Source of the DNA: an uncultured Candidatus Saccharibacteria bacterium
Lineage (GTDB): Bacteria; Patescibacteriota; Saccharimonadia; Saccharimonadales; Saccharimonadaceae
DNA length: 64,000 nt
Assembly (NCBI GenBank): GCA_964532145.1
Contig: CAZHGM010000001.1
Coordinates: forward strand, 30,086 to 94,085
Direction of reading: 5' to 3'
Position numbers and translations under genes: made by a program. The notes beneath the pieces were generated by a model. The model searched no databases, was not told where the DNA came from, and saw only the letters and a program-made list of their open reading frames with translations. Of this stretch, positions 44,273 to 54,120 are shown in pieces (the stretch's first letter is position 1; each line of letters begins with the position of its first letter).

Positions 44273-44920
44273 CTACGGGTTGAATTTGAGTGATTTTAAC
44301 ACCGTATCGTCATAATCATCTTTGTAGGCTGTTGCGTCCGATGCAACGGTCAGTGTTTTATCGCGAACTTTGAAAATCACTGCTGAACCGGTTCGATCTT
44401 TGCTGAATTGACCGTCCAGCCGAATGCCGCTGAAGCCTTCCACCGTCACAGGATTGCTTCGGAGTGAACCTTTTTTTACGAGGGAATCATAGGATTTAAT
44501 GATGGTCTCATAGGGCTTGTCTTCCACCAGCACTCGAAGTGCGAAAGGCTGCGACTCGCCGATGGGTGGTACAACATCGGGGTGGAAATACGCCTCAAGG
44601 TTAGTGGCCTGCCGTGCTGTATAGGCACTCCAGGTCTTTGGGTACTGAAACGACACCGATCCAAGGTCAGCTGGGCCGTTGAACGTACGGGTTGGAACCT
44701 TCTCACGCTCTAGCGCGGCTGCCTCATCTATGGTCTTTTGCTCGGTTTTCGCCTTTGCGACAGCTGTTGCGATTTTATCATCTGTATTGTTTTTGTAGTC
44801 GCTATACCCCATGTAGGCCCATATAAGCAGACCTGTGAGCACAACAACAACCAAACCAGTTAATATGTTTGTTACGAGTAACGGGTTAACGCCGCCGTAC
44901 TGATACGATTTTCCGTTCAT
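44273..44920 (-). CDS. Hypothetical membrane-anchored protein
   Basis: Single TM LLVTNILTGLVVVVLTGLLIWAY followed by a ~170-aa extracytoplasmic domain. The start is ATG 44920 (MNGKSYQYGG) or 44962. Confidence 0.6.
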   Translation of the reverse strand: MNGKSYQYGGVNPLLVTNILTGLVVVVLTGLLIWAYMGYSDYKNNTDDKIATAVAKAKTEQKTIDEAAALEREKVPTRTFNGPADLGSVSFQYPKTWSAYTARQATNLEAYFHPDVVPPIGESQPFALRVLVEDKPYETIIKSYDSLVKKGSLRSNPVTVEGFSGIRLDGQFSKDRTGSAVIFKVRDKTLTVASDATAYKDDYDDTVLKSLKFNP

Positions 44921-44958
44921 TCTGCCAGTATAGATTATGAGACGCTCACGTGTAAAGC

Positions 44959-45468
44959 TCATGCTTTGCTCCCGTAGGAGTACATGCGCATTGCCCCGTC
45001 TTGTGCAATAAGCGTCGCCGACGGCACTTCAAAGCCATAACTAATAAACGTGAGTGGTTGATACTGGCTCCACCTGAGAAGACATGTTTCAATTGAGCTG
45101 ATGCTGAGACTGGTGGCGAACGCATATACAACTGTTACCCCTGGCGGCAGTCGTTTGATGTGTTCATAATCATGAAGTACCACGGAAACTTGAGGTACAT
45201 GGCGAAATCGATATTTCATAATAGCCCACAATATCGGGTTTAATTCGTAGCCAATCGACCGGGCGCCGCGGCGTCGTGCTTCGTCGAGCACAATGCCATC
45301 TCCCGCCCCCAAATCAACAAGCATATCATTTTCACCCAGCGGATATAACGTCTTAAAAGCGTGACGTAGTTGTTTGCGGTGCGATGGAACATACGGCGCT
45401 CCGCGTAGTACAATCAGCCCAAAACTTACAAATACTAATGCGCCAAGCGCCCACCAAACATACGTCAT
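44959..45468 (-). CDS. Class I SAM-dependent methyltransferase with N-terminal TM helix
   Basis: Motif I MLVDLGAGDGIVL; 169 aa. Confidence 0.7.
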   Translation of the reverse strand: MTYVWWALGALVFVSFGLIVLRGAPYVPSHRKQLRHAFKTLYPLGENDMLVDLGAGDGIVLDEARRRGARSIGYELNPILWAIMKYRFRHVPQVSVVLHDYEHIKRLPPGVTVVYAFATSLSISSIETCLLRWSQYQPLTFISYGFEVPSATLIAQDGAMRMYSYGSKA

Positions 45469-45677
45469 GCCGTACCGTCAAAGCGCTCTTTTAACACCGT
45501 AACTGTGTTCTCTAGTTCAGCCAAACGAATCTTTATCGCCTGAGCAAGTGTTGACGCTTCTTCAAATTTCTCAATCGCTTTTTCAATATCAAAATCATCC
45601 TGTTCAAACCATGCAGCCAACTCGTCGAGACGTTTCATTTGCTCTTGCAATGACGTATCAGAGGGTGTTTTGGACAT
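45465..45677 (-). CDS. xseB: Exodeoxyribonuclease VII small subunit
   Basis: 70 aa with LDELAAWFEQDDFDIEKAIEKFEEASTL. It overlaps xseA. Confidence 0.85.
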   Translation of the reverse strand: MSKTPSDTSLQEQMKRLDELAAWFEQDDFDIEKAIEKFEEASTLAQAIKIRLAELENTVTVLKERFDGTA

Positions 45678-46773
45678 ATGTTACTCCTGCATGTATTGTA
45701 CTTGCTTTCGTTTCAACGGTCACGACATCACCGACTTTCGCAGTCGTAATAATAATCCCTTTAGCATTCCGAAGCACGCTATATCCCCGTCGCATGGCGG
45801 CCTTGGGGTCGAGCTGCGTAAGAAGGGTCTCGTACAACGATAATTGCTTCGATAGTTCCCGATGCCGTTGCTGTACGTAATTATCCATCTGCATCACGAT
45901 ATCATCAACATTCAACCGCTCCTCGTCAAGCCTCGTATAAAACGTATCGCCAATCATTTCGACCGTTCGTTTCGCCTGGTCGATACTTTCCCGCCTATCC
46001 GGGACTACGAGCATCGCGGCGCCGCTTGGTGTCGGCGCTCGTACATCTGCCGCAAGATCAGCCAAACTTGTATCTACCTCATGACCAATGCCCGTCACAA
46101 CGGCTACGCGGCTGGCAGCAATCGCCCTCACCAGCGGCTCATCATTAAACGCACGTAAATCATCGAGGCTCCCTCCCCCGCGAATCATTACAATCACGTC
46201 TGGTGGCGTCTCAAGCTCGTTCATGTATTGCAATGCCTTTATAATCTGCTGGGGGGCCGCCGCTCCCTGAACGGCAACGTGCGCTACCATTACCTCCAGC
46301 CCACCCCATCGTTCGTTAAGAATCTTGATAAAATCAGCGTAACCAGCTGCAGCCGTGCTACTAATAACCCCTATCCGCTGTGGAATGTGCGGTAACGCTC
46401 GTTTTCGCTCCGCAGCAAACAAGCCTTCTTTTTGGAGCTTGGCCTGGAGCAACTCGAACGATCGTTTCAGGCTACCCTCGCCAACGGGTTTGATATCGCG
46501 AATGGTCAGGCTGAATTTGCCCCATTGCGTTAGTTTTGGCTGTGCCTCGACTCGGACCTTCATACCATCCTCAATAGGCGTACGCAATTGGAACACCATC
46601 ATAAAACAACCGAGTGTGCTTTGTGCGTCTTTCAGATCAAAAAATACATACTTTTGCTGGTTAATCTTAAAAGACGAAACTTCTCCTTCCACTACGATTG
46701 ACGGGTATGCATAGTCAAGCGTCTGATTGATCAGCGCAATAGCATCGCTGACGCTAAGACTCATGTTTTCCAT
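45658..46773 (-). CDS. xseA: Exodeoxyribonuclease VII large subunit
   Basis: OB-fold VVEGEVSSFKINQQKYVFFDLKD and catalytic region RGGGSLDDL. The start is ATG 46773 or 46764 rather than 46815. Confidence 0.9.
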   Translation of the reverse strand: MENMSLSVSDAIALINQTLDYAYPSIVVEGEVSSFKINQQKYVFFDLKDAQSTLGCFMMVFQLRTPIEDGMKVRVEAQPKLTQWGKFSLTIRDIKPVGEGSLKRSFELLQAKLQKEGLFAAERKRALPHIPQRIGVISSTAAAGYADFIKILNERWGGLEVMVAHVAVQGAAAPQQIIKALQYMNELETPPDVIVMIRGGGSLDDLRAFNDEPLVRAIAASRVAVVTGIGHEVDTSLADLAADVRAPTPSGAAMLVVPDRRESIDQAKRTVEMIGDTFYTRLDEERLNVDDIVMQMDNYVQQRHRELSKQLSLYETLLTQLDPKAAMRRGYSVLRNAKGIIITTAKVGDVVTVETKASTIHAGVTYVQNTL

Positions 46774-47788
46774 ACTTGTTGAGCGCATGTTGATAGAAAT
46801 AATACCCCGATACAATCGTCAGGAGCATTAAAATAGCTCGAGACAAGAGCGTTGCCGCAATAACGGCCCCTCTGTCGATACCGCTAGCCGCCAAAAAAGC
46901 CACCATTAACGCCTCATAGCCACCCACCCCTCCTGGCGTAAAGAAAAATGACCCAGCAAACCCCGCTAATCCATATGCAATCAACAGCGGCGCGGGATTA
47001 ATCGGCGTCCCCAAGGCCCAGAACGTAATCCAGAAGAGCGAGACTTCACTAATGACAAATACAATGCCCCACAAAAACGGTTTTTTAAGCACGGAGGGAT
47101 CGCGCGATAATTCACAATAATCCCCGTGCAGATCCTCAAAAAATGTATTGACAGCTTCCTGTTTCAGAAGCGGTTTGGGCTGTCGCATAACCGACTTCCA
47201 TGTAGCATTGACATGCCGAGTAATAAACGCGGCTGTCCGATGAAGGCGTGGTTTGCTCTGAATGACATAAACTGTCAACAGCGTACCGATAATAATAACT
47301 GAAGCCAGCCCGCTGGCTACAAGGATGGGAATTCGTTCCAGGCCGTTATCCAAAGTAATCGCCACAACGGCGATCAGAAGCAGTACCAAAAAGGCAGCAA
47401 ATGTTGCCGCAAACCGTACGACTTGTGCGAGTGTGGCGCGTCCAGGATTAACACCCAGCTTCCCCAGCCGCCATGTCATATATGATGCCCCTGATACGCC
47501 CGCGCTTGGGAGAATGTGGTTAACAAAATTAAGCTCGAGGGCAATTTTAGCCGCTTCGGCCGGAGGTACGTTGAGATCAAATTTTTCTTTCAGATATGAA
47601 AACACCATGGCACCCGCCGCATAGTAACTAAGCACCTGTGTCGGCAACAGTACCAGCAAGACCCACGGATTGACCTGCCCCAACAGATGCCAGGCCCGGA
47701 CCAACTCGTTTCGTGCCGCATACAGAATAACGACCACTAGTGCAAGCGTAATAAGACTCAGCCAGGTTTTAAACGAAACCCTCCGCAT
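46754..47788 (-). CDS. Polytopic membrane protein, UPF0104 / LPG-synthase-TM (flippase-like) family (tentative)
   Basis: 344 aa with about 8 TM helices. The family call is from overall topology and an N-terminal basic-TM pattern only. Confidence 0.6.
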   Translation of the reverse strand: MRRVSFKTWLSLITLALVVVILYAARNELVRAWHLLGQVNPWVLLVLLPTQVLSYYAAGAMVFSYLKEKFDLNVPPAEAAKIALELNFVNHILPSAGVSGASYMTWRLGKLGVNPGRATLAQVVRFAATFAAFLVLLLIAVVAITLDNGLERIPILVASGLASVIIIGTLLTVYVIQSKPRLHRTAAFITRHVNATWKSVMRQPKPLLKQEAVNTFFEDLHGDYCELSRDPSVLKKPFLWGIVFVISEVSLFWITFWALGTPINPAPLLIAYGLAGFAGSFFFTPGGVGGYEALMVAFLAASGIDRGAVIAATLLSRAILMLLTIVSGYYFYQHALNKYGKHES

Positions 47789-47828
47789 ATAGCCCTATTA
47801 TACCTTAGTCAGCTATACTGAGGTAGCA

Positions 47829-49049
47829 ATGACACACATTTTACTTACCGGACGACTTCCAGAACTTAGTATTGCTGAACTTGAGTCACTCTACGGAGCT
47901 AGCTCAGTCACCCGAATTGGTCAGCATGCGCTCGTCGATGCTAAGGTAAATTTCAGCCACCTCGGCGGTAGTATTAAGATGGCTACCTTACTAACGACGC
48001 TTGACACATCAAACCCTCAAAAAGCCTTCGACTACTGTCGTAAAGCCTTGCCTCAGTATGTCGCTGACTTTCCAGAAGGGAAAATAAAACTTGGCGTCAG
48101 TCTCTACGGTGGTTCGATGCCACTTTACAAACAAAACGCTAACGCGCTCTCCCTCAAAAAGACCCTGCGAAACATGGGCCGCTCCGTCCGTGTCGTCCCT
48201 AACACTGAGCCCGAATTGTCAAGCGCACAAACCTACCACAACAGCCTGGCATCACCGCTAGGCCTTGAGCTAGTGTTCGTGACAACCAGTAGTCATATTT
48301 ACATTGGCCATGTTACGCATGTCCAGGATATCGATAGCTATACGCTGCGCGACCGCGGCCGGCCAAAACGCGACGCATTCGTCGGTATGCTTCCGCCGAA
48401 ACTCGCACAAACGATCATCAATTTGTCTGTCGGACAAAATGGTGACACCGCAACACTGCGCGCGGAAGATGATGGGCAAAGAAGATCCGATGACAGCACG
48501 GTGATCCTCGATCCTTTTTGCGGTACTGGAGTTATATTGCAAGAAGCTGTCCTGATGGGCTATTCGGTGTATGGCACTGATACTTCGTTTAAAATGATAG
48601 ATTATTCTCGAGAAAACCTTACGTGGCTTACTTCAAAATTTAAAATTGAAAATTCAAAATTTGAGCTTGCACAAGCTGATGCCACAACCTACCGTTGGAG
48701 CTTCCCCTCTGGTCCTATAGCAATAGCGACAGAATCTTATCTTGGCCAACCAATCGGCGGCCAGAATCCGACACAGGAGAAAATGCACGATATCATTCAC
48801 GAATGCAATTCAATTATGCGAGGCTTTCTGCGTAATATCGCAAGCCAACTGCCAATTGGAAGCCGTCTCTGCATTGCCGCGCCAAGCTGGTATATCAATG
48901 GCTCCCACCATGACCTTCCAGTCCTTGACGAGTTGATGCCTCTCGGATTTAGCCAGGTTCCATTTACCCACACCAGCCCCTCAATGTTTATTTATAGTCG
49001 CGAGGATCAACTGACTCACCGCCGGCTACTTGTGCTCACCCGATCTTGA
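47829..49049 (+). CDS. SAM-dependent methyltransferase, UPF0020/Trm11/RlmL-like (putative RNA methylase)
   Basis: Motif I ILDPFCGTGVILQEAVLMGYSVYGTD. The N-terminal ~190 aa may be THUMP-like. The motif IV position reads TESYLG rather than the usual DPPYG. Confidence 0.6.
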   Translation: MTHILLTGRLPELSIAELESLYGASSVTRIGQHALVDAKVNFSHLGGSIKMATLLTTLDTSNPQKAFDYCRKALPQYVADFPEGKIKLGVSLYGGSMPLYKQNANALSLKKTLRNMGRSVRVVPNTEPELSSAQTYHNSLASPLGLELVFVTTSSHIYIGHVTHVQDIDSYTLRDRGRPKRDAFVGMLPPKLAQTIINLSVGQNGDTATLRAEDDGQRRSDDSTVILDPFCGTGVILQEAVLMGYSVYGTDTSFKMIDYSRENLTWLTSKFKIENSKFELAQADATTYRWSFPSGPIAIATESYLGQPIGGQNPTQEKMHDIIHECNSIMRGFLRNIASQLPIGSRLCIAAPSWYINGSHHDLPVLDELMPLGFSQVPFTHTSPSMFIYSREDQLTHRRLLVLTRS

Positions 49050-49175
49050 CTTTTCATCTCACCAGAGGTAAAATTGATGAGATTTTGAGTAATCATACTC
49101 ACAGTTTAATAAGCTAATCGTCCGAGCTAACACGGAGTACGAGACGCCAAATGGCGGTCGAAGGAGAAATAATTT

Positions 49176-49448
49176 ATGTCACATGTCAAAGCTGGTGGAA
49201 CCAGTAAGAACGTTCACAATAACCCTGGCCAACGGCTCGGCGTCAAACGATTTGGCGGCCAGAAAGTCAACGCGGGCGAAGTACTCGTCCGCCAAACTGG
49301 CTCAACCAAGCAAGCCGGTGAAGGCACCTACATGAGTCGCAACTTTACGATTCACGCCGCCAAAAACGGTGTTGTTGGGTTTAAAAAAGTTAAATCCCGC
49401 CGCTTTACCGGCAAAACTCAAACTCGCACACAAGTCACCGTGCAATAA
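49176..49448 (+). CDS. rpmA: 50S ribosomal protein L27
   Basis: SHVKAGGTSKNVHNNPGQRLGVKRFGGQKVNAGEVLVRQTG; AAGGAG SD 8 nt upstream. Confidence 0.92.
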   Translation: MSHVKAGGTSKNVHNNPGQRLGVKRFGGQKVNAGEVLVRQTGSTKQAGEGTYMSRNFTIHAAKNGVVGFKKVKSRRFTGKTQTRTQVTVQ

Positions 49449-49457
49449 ATTATAGCT

Positions 49458-50117
49458 TTATTCCATCCGAGCATTGGCCTGACGCCTAGCCACTTGTAGT
49501 GCTTGCGGTAGCTCATTCAGCAGCGCTGTCAAATCAGGCTGATCAATGCCATTCTCGTTACTGACTGGATGCACCGTGCCTTTTTCTCCTCGCTTAACAT
49601 GCTGAGAAAGTATGCCGTTGCCGTCCACGGCCAGCGCATAGTGATAATTATCCGACGCCTGACCCTCTGGTACAACACTCATGTCAATTCTAAATGATGT
49701 ATGAGCATCATGGCCTGTGGATTCTAAAAGCCCAAGTGATAGCACGCGGCACTTAACTCCATCCGCCATTACCAGCGGCTCTCGACCCTCCATCACATCT
49801 GCAAATGAAATACCGGCTGCAAGCTGGCCAAAATTTATTGAACCTTGTCGTATCTGCACGGTCTCGGCAGTATTATGGTTGTACGGGTCGATTTCCGCAT
49901 ACTGCATTGGTGTAGCTTTCATGACATCAAGTACTTGCTGGACATGCCCCGCTAAACCAAAACGACGTTCAATTATTTCTTGACCTGGTTGGCTATTCTG
50001 CTGATTTGCCTGGCCCCATCCCCGTAATCGCTGTAATGCGGCCTGAATATCCCGCCCAATTTTGAGCCTTTTTGGCTTTCCTGCCTCTTCTGGTGTATCT
50101 CTTTGTGTTTCAGTCAT
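49458..50117 (-). CDS. Hypothetical protein
   Basis: 219-aa ORF, the last gene of the same-strand run ftsE-ftsX-CHAP-ctp-RR. No domain recognised. Confidence 0.5.
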   Translation of the reverse strand: MTETQRDTPEEAGKPKRLKIGRDIQAALQRLRGWGQANQQNSQPGQEIIERRFGLAGHVQQVLDVMKATPMQYAEIDPYNHNTAETVQIRQGSINFGQLAAGISFADVMEGREPLVMADGVKCRVLSLGLLESTGHDAHTSFRIDMSVVPEGQASDNYHYALAVDGNGILSQHVKRGEKGTVHPVSNENGIDQPDLTALLNELPQALQVARRQANARME

Positions 50118-50173
50118 ATATAAACATTAGCAAAATATTGACAGTTTGTCAATAGGCTTATGCTATGCTTGGC

Positions 50174-50551
50174 TTATATCCCGAGATGGTGCTTGATACG
50201 TTCTACAACGTCGCTAATAACCACTTGCGACTTCACAAGATAGTCATCTGCGCCAAGTGATTCGGCACGTAGTTTGTCCTTAGGCTGCGACAGCGCCGTC
50301 AGCATAATGACGCGGACATTCATCGTCTCGGGAGTATTTTTTAGGATATCAAGCACATCAAAGCCATCGATTTTAGGCATCATTGCATCGAGCACGATGA
50401 GATCCGGCCTAAAATCAACTGCTGTTGATAATGCTTGTTCGCCATTGGCAACATGCTGGACGTCAAAGCCTTCGAGCTCAAGACGGGACAGATACACACT
50501 GGCAAGCGCGCCATCGTCTTCTACTAATAGAATTTTTTTCTTTACTTCCAT
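50174..50551 (-). CDS. Stand-alone receiver-domain response regulator (paralog of the receiver of 1766..2863)
   Basis: ILLVEDD, LIVLDAMMPKIDGFDVLDIL, VRVIMLTAL, GADDYLVKSQV. These are nearly colinear with the receiver at 1766. Confidence 0.88.
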   Translation of the reverse strand: MEVKKKILLVEDDGALASVYLSRLELEGFDVQHVANGEQALSTAVDFRPDLIVLDAMMPKIDGFDVLDILKNTPETMNVRVIMLTALSQPKDKLRAESLGADDYLVKSQVVISDVVERIKHHLGI

Positions 50552-50576
50552 GTCTTTACTATAGCAACCTCATCGA

Positions 50577-51803
50577 TCATTTCAATAGCTCAATCGCTTT
50601 GTCTTTTTGCGGATCGCGGCCAGCGGTAATGTCTTCCTCTGTTAAGCCAACGACCGTCTGTGGAGTAATACCTTCTTTTGATATGTTTTTACCACTCGGC
50701 GTATACCAGCTAGCGATAGTAACCTTCAGACTTCCACCATCATCCAGGCTCTTTACATCCTGAACAACTCCTTTCCCGTAGGTTTTTTCACCCACGAGCT
50801 TAGCGGCGTTGTTGTCGCTGAGTGCTCCAGCCATAATCTCGCTAGCGCTCGCGCTGCCTCCGTTTACTAATACAACTGTTGGAATACCCTTTAGAACTGA
50901 CTCGCCATGTGCATACAGCGTATCCACAACTTGGCCACCAGTTCTCTCGGTCACCACAACCTTACCGTCGAGCCATAGACTCGAAATATCTCGGGCTGCA
51001 TCCAAATAACCGCCCCCGTTCCCTCGCAGATCCACCACAATGCCCTTGACGCCTTTTTGCGTGAATTCTTGCGCGGCTTGACGCGCTAGTTGCACAGTGT
51101 CACTCTGACCAAATCGCGAAATCCGCATAATACCGATGTTGTCGGATGTTATTTCAGTTTTGACGCTTGGGTCAGTAATAGTGTCCCGCACTACCGAAAT
51201 TTCAACTGGCTTGTCTTGGCCAGAGCGTGCCAGGGTGAGTTTGATGGAGGTACCTCTTTGACCGCGAATTTTTTTGACCGCCTGCTCAACTGACCAGGCG
51301 TGAGTTGCCTCGTTATTTACCATAACGATACTATCACCAGCGATAATACCTGCTTTTTGGGCAGGACTGCCTTCGATCGTGCTGATTACCGTTAATTGTC
51401 CGTCTTTTTTGCCAAGCTCTGCTCCGATTCCCTCAAATGTGCCCTCAAGGTCGTTTAAAAACTCTTTGGCCTCATCAGCAGTAAAATAGACCGTATACGG
51501 GTCACCAACAGCATCCACCATACCGCGTTTAGCCCCATCAATAAGCTTCTGTTTGTCGAGTGCACCATCATAGCTCACCGCCAGCTGCTTGTATAAATTC
51601 TGCACCGTTGCAAAATCAAGCGTATCGCTCGTCGACTTTTCTCCCTTAAGCTTAGCAACGATATAATCCGACCGTGTTCCAGCAATATATGCCACCGCAA
51701 TTGCGAGCACTAGCACAAAAATATGCGTCATCGTAACAGAACTTCGCGTGCCGCGTTGATCAGATGTCGATTTCACCCAAGTCCTCCAAAGGCTTATATT
51801 CAC
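50577..51803 (-). CDS. ctpA: Carboxy-terminal processing protease (S41 family) with PDZ domain
   Basis: PDZ region GSPAQKAGIIAGDSIVMVN; catalytic Ser in GGSASASEI; Lys in GEKTYGKGVVQ. The start may be ATG 51731 (MTHIFVLVL). Confidence 0.9.
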   Translation of the reverse strand: MNISLWRTWVKSTSDQRGTRSSVTMTHIFVLVLAIAVAYIAGTRSDYIVAKLKGEKSTSDTLDFATVQNLYKQLAVSYDGALDKQKLIDGAKRGMVDAVGDPYTVYFTADEAKEFLNDLEGTFEGIGAELGKKDGQLTVISTIEGSPAQKAGIIAGDSIVMVNNEATHAWSVEQAVKKIRGQRGTSIKLTLARSGQDKPVEISVVRDTITDPSVKTEITSDNIGIMRISRFGQSDTVQLARQAAQEFTQKGVKGIVVDLRGNGGGYLDAARDISSLWLDGKVVVTERTGGQVVDTLYAHGESVLKGIPTVVLVNGGSASASEIMAGALSDNNAAKLVGEKTYGKGVVQDVKSLDDGGSLKVTIASWYTPSGKNISKEGITPQTVVGLTEEDITAGRDPQKDKAIELLK

Positions 51804-51841
51804 CCTATTGTAGCATGCTTTTGCTTATTGAGGCTGAGAAA

Positions 51842-53086
51842 CTAGAAGTAAATAAAGGTGAGACCGCTTGGGTTGACGTTCATTTCGCTGTATTCGCCAC
51901 GAATACCCCAGTTAAACTGGCTTACACGTATGGTACCGTTGCCATTGATGCCTTCGACGTACATAGCGTGGCCATAGTACCCTACGTACATGATAGCAAC
52001 TGCCCCGACTTTTGGTGTTGAGCCGGTAGGAATTCCATCAGCCGCGGCGCTTGCAGGCCATTCATTAGCATTACCATGACCGCCCCAGTACGGCATATAT
52101 CGTCCACTAGCAGCAACTTTCCACGCGGTATAGCTGACGCATTCGCGGTTATACATACCCCAGTTATCTACAAGCGAATCTTGTGCCGCATTACACCAAA
52201 TCGCCGGATAGCCTCCACAACCAGCGCCAGCCACCAAGCCGCTCACGTTATACGTTTGGGCGGCGGCGGCGTTCGCGGCAGCTTGCTGAGCTCGCAAGCT
52301 AGAAATCTCGCTGTTTTTATTCGCAATCATACTCTGATACGCCGCTTCTTCGCCTCGGGTTTGCTCGACAAGCCGTGCTTGTTCAGTTTCTTTGGCAACA
52401 AGCGACTCACGCTGGCGTGACTGGTCAGCTAGCACCTGTTTGACCTCAGACTGCTGTCGTGCGAGCTCAGCTTTCAGCTTTTTTACTTGGTCCATGGCTG
52501 TTTTCATCTGGTCGCGTACCGAACCACGAACTTGCTGGGCATTCACATAGTCACTGACGTTCTTACTGCTGGCAAGCATTACGATTGGAGACGTATTGCT
52601 GTTGGTATAAATTTGGACGACAGTTTTGTTGAGTGATTTTTTCTGCCGGGCAAGCTTTTCCTCATTTGCCTGAATGTCATTGCTGAGTTGATCATATTTT
52701 GTCTGGTTGAGATCGATTTGTGCCTGAAGAGTGCTTTTTTCAGCCGTAATAATATTGAGTGCATTCTGCAATGAATCACCTTGGGCGCGTAAATTTGCCG
52801 CCTGCTGCTGGTAACTGTCGATTTCACCCTGCAGGCCATTTATCTGGTCGTCAAATCTATCAGCGAACACGCGCGGGGCAAGTATGACACCGCCTACCGC
52901 TACCGCTATGACAACCACATAGGCCCCTGCAAGCTTACGGGATACAAATGGTTGTAGTTTCAATGCTATATTCATGGTGGATAGTGTTTGTTTTAAATAT
53001 TTTCTTAAGTGTACCATAGCATAACCTGTTCGGTCAAGCCAGCGACGTCTCATGGGGTCTTTAATAGATCTGATTATTCGTTGCAC
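51842..53086 (-). CDS. Coiled-coil plus CHAP-domain peptidoglycan hydrolase (PcsB-like)
   Basis: TM/signal anchor, ~230 aa of heptad-rich coiled coil, and a C-terminal CHAP domain with Cys in NRECVSYTAWKV and His in YYGHAMYVEG. It lies directly downstream of ftsEX. Confidence 0.8.
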   Translation of the reverse strand: MQRIIRSIKDPMRRRWLDRTGYAMVHLRKYLKQTLSTMNIALKLQPFVSRKLAGAYVVVIAVAVGGVILAPRVFADRFDDQINGLQGEIDSYQQQAANLRAQGDSLQNALNIITAEKSTLQAQIDLNQTKYDQLSNDIQANEEKLARQKKSLNKTVVQIYTNSNTSPIVMLASSKNVSDYVNAQQVRGSVRDQMKTAMDQVKKLKAELARQQSEVKQVLADQSRQRESLVAKETEQARLVEQTRGEEAAYQSMIANKNSEISSLRAQQAAANAAAAQTYNVSGLVAGAGCGGYPAIWCNAAQDSLVDNWGMYNRECVSYTAWKVAASGRYMPYWGGHGNANEWPASAAADGIPTGSTPKVGAVAIMYVGYYGHAMYVEGINGNGTIRVSQFNWGIRGEYSEMNVNPSGLTFIYF

Positions 53087-53100
53087 GGGGTTCCTTTGCT

Positions 53101-54087
53101 TTATACTTTTAAATAACGACGCACGGCAAGACGGGATGAGATAATACCGATCAACGCCCCTACCAGTATCATTACTACAATCACAAGCGGCGAGAACAAA
53201 ATGAGCTTGTTAAGAACGTCATCAATCGCTATCCCATACGATGCTATCGGTTCACGAAACGTGATGAGCGCAAAATAACCGAGTGACGATGCAATCACAG
53301 CGGCAAAGAACCCATACATTACTGCCTCCATAACAAACGGACCACGGATAAAGCCTTTGTCTGCGCCGATCAGTTTCATCATGTCGATTTCGTCGCGGCG
53401 GTTAAATATAGCCATACGGATTGTATTAAAAATGATCAGCATGGAAATCGCGACAAATACGATCGTAGCCGTTAACCCTACCCGCTCGGATGTGCGCGCC
53501 CAGTCCGTCAGCGTTTTGACCGCATCCCGGCTTCCTTGGTTAAGCTGGTCAACGTCTTCGGCCAAGTTCTTCACGACAGTGCTATCTTCTTTAATGAGCT
53601 TTTGCAGTGATGAAAAATCATCCGTATTTTGCAGTGTCATCGTAAACACTATAGGGAATGCGATATCTGACTCAGCCAAGGTCTGCAGCTCCTCTGCATC
53701 CGTAATATTGTCCTTAGTAATGTATTCCTTACGTGAATCATCGGACGATTTGTACTCAACTGCAGATACATTTGGCGTTTCGCGTAGCAGCTGTCGGATA
53801 ATACTCACCTCTGAATCTGGCGTCTCGCCTTTAAGATAAATTGACGGTTTTGTTTCCTCGCGCAAGAGCTTCGTAACAGTATCGGTAAGCATCGTGCGTG
53901 CTACTACCGTAGTAAAAATGATCAGAAGTGTAATCGTCATGACTGCTGTCGCAGCCGTCGTAAGCCAGGCATTACGAGTAAAGTTATTAATACCATACCG
54001 CATCATTCGCATCCACGTTAAATACCGACGCTGAAATTTCTTATTATCCCGCAATTTCGTTCGGGCATTGCCGCGTTCATCAGCCAT
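53101..54087 (-). CDS. ftsX: Cell-division ABC transporter permease-like protein FtsX
   Basis: 4-TM topology with a large first extracytoplasmic loop; follows ftsE. Confidence 0.88.
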   Translation of the reverse strand: MADERGNARTKLRDNKKFQRRYLTWMRMMRYGINNFTRNAWLTTAATAVMTITLLIIFTTVVARTMLTDTVTKLLREETKPSIYLKGETPDSEVSIIRQLLRETPNVSAVEYKSSDDSRKEYITKDNITDAEELQTLAESDIAFPIVFTMTLQNTDDFSSLQKLIKEDSTVVKNLAEDVDQLNQGSRDAVKTLTDWARTSERVGLTATIVFVAISMLIIFNTIRMAIFNRRDEIDMMKLIGADKGFIRGPFVMEAVMYGFFAAVIASSLGYFALITFREPIASYGIAIDDVLNKLILFSPLVIVVMILVGALIGIISSRLAVRRYLKV

Positions 54088-54120
54088 GCGCTACTCCAAT
54101 ATGGCATACTGAATATGTTT

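Noticed and set aside
47829-49049. A ~20-aa extra segment (GQNGDTATLRAEDDGQRRSDDST) before motif I of the methyltransferase, considered as a fourth in-frame element.
   Set aside because: No clear inverted repeat or hairpin was seen in the DNA, and this region is variable in the family. The evidence is insufficient to group it with the three hairpin-bearing insertions.
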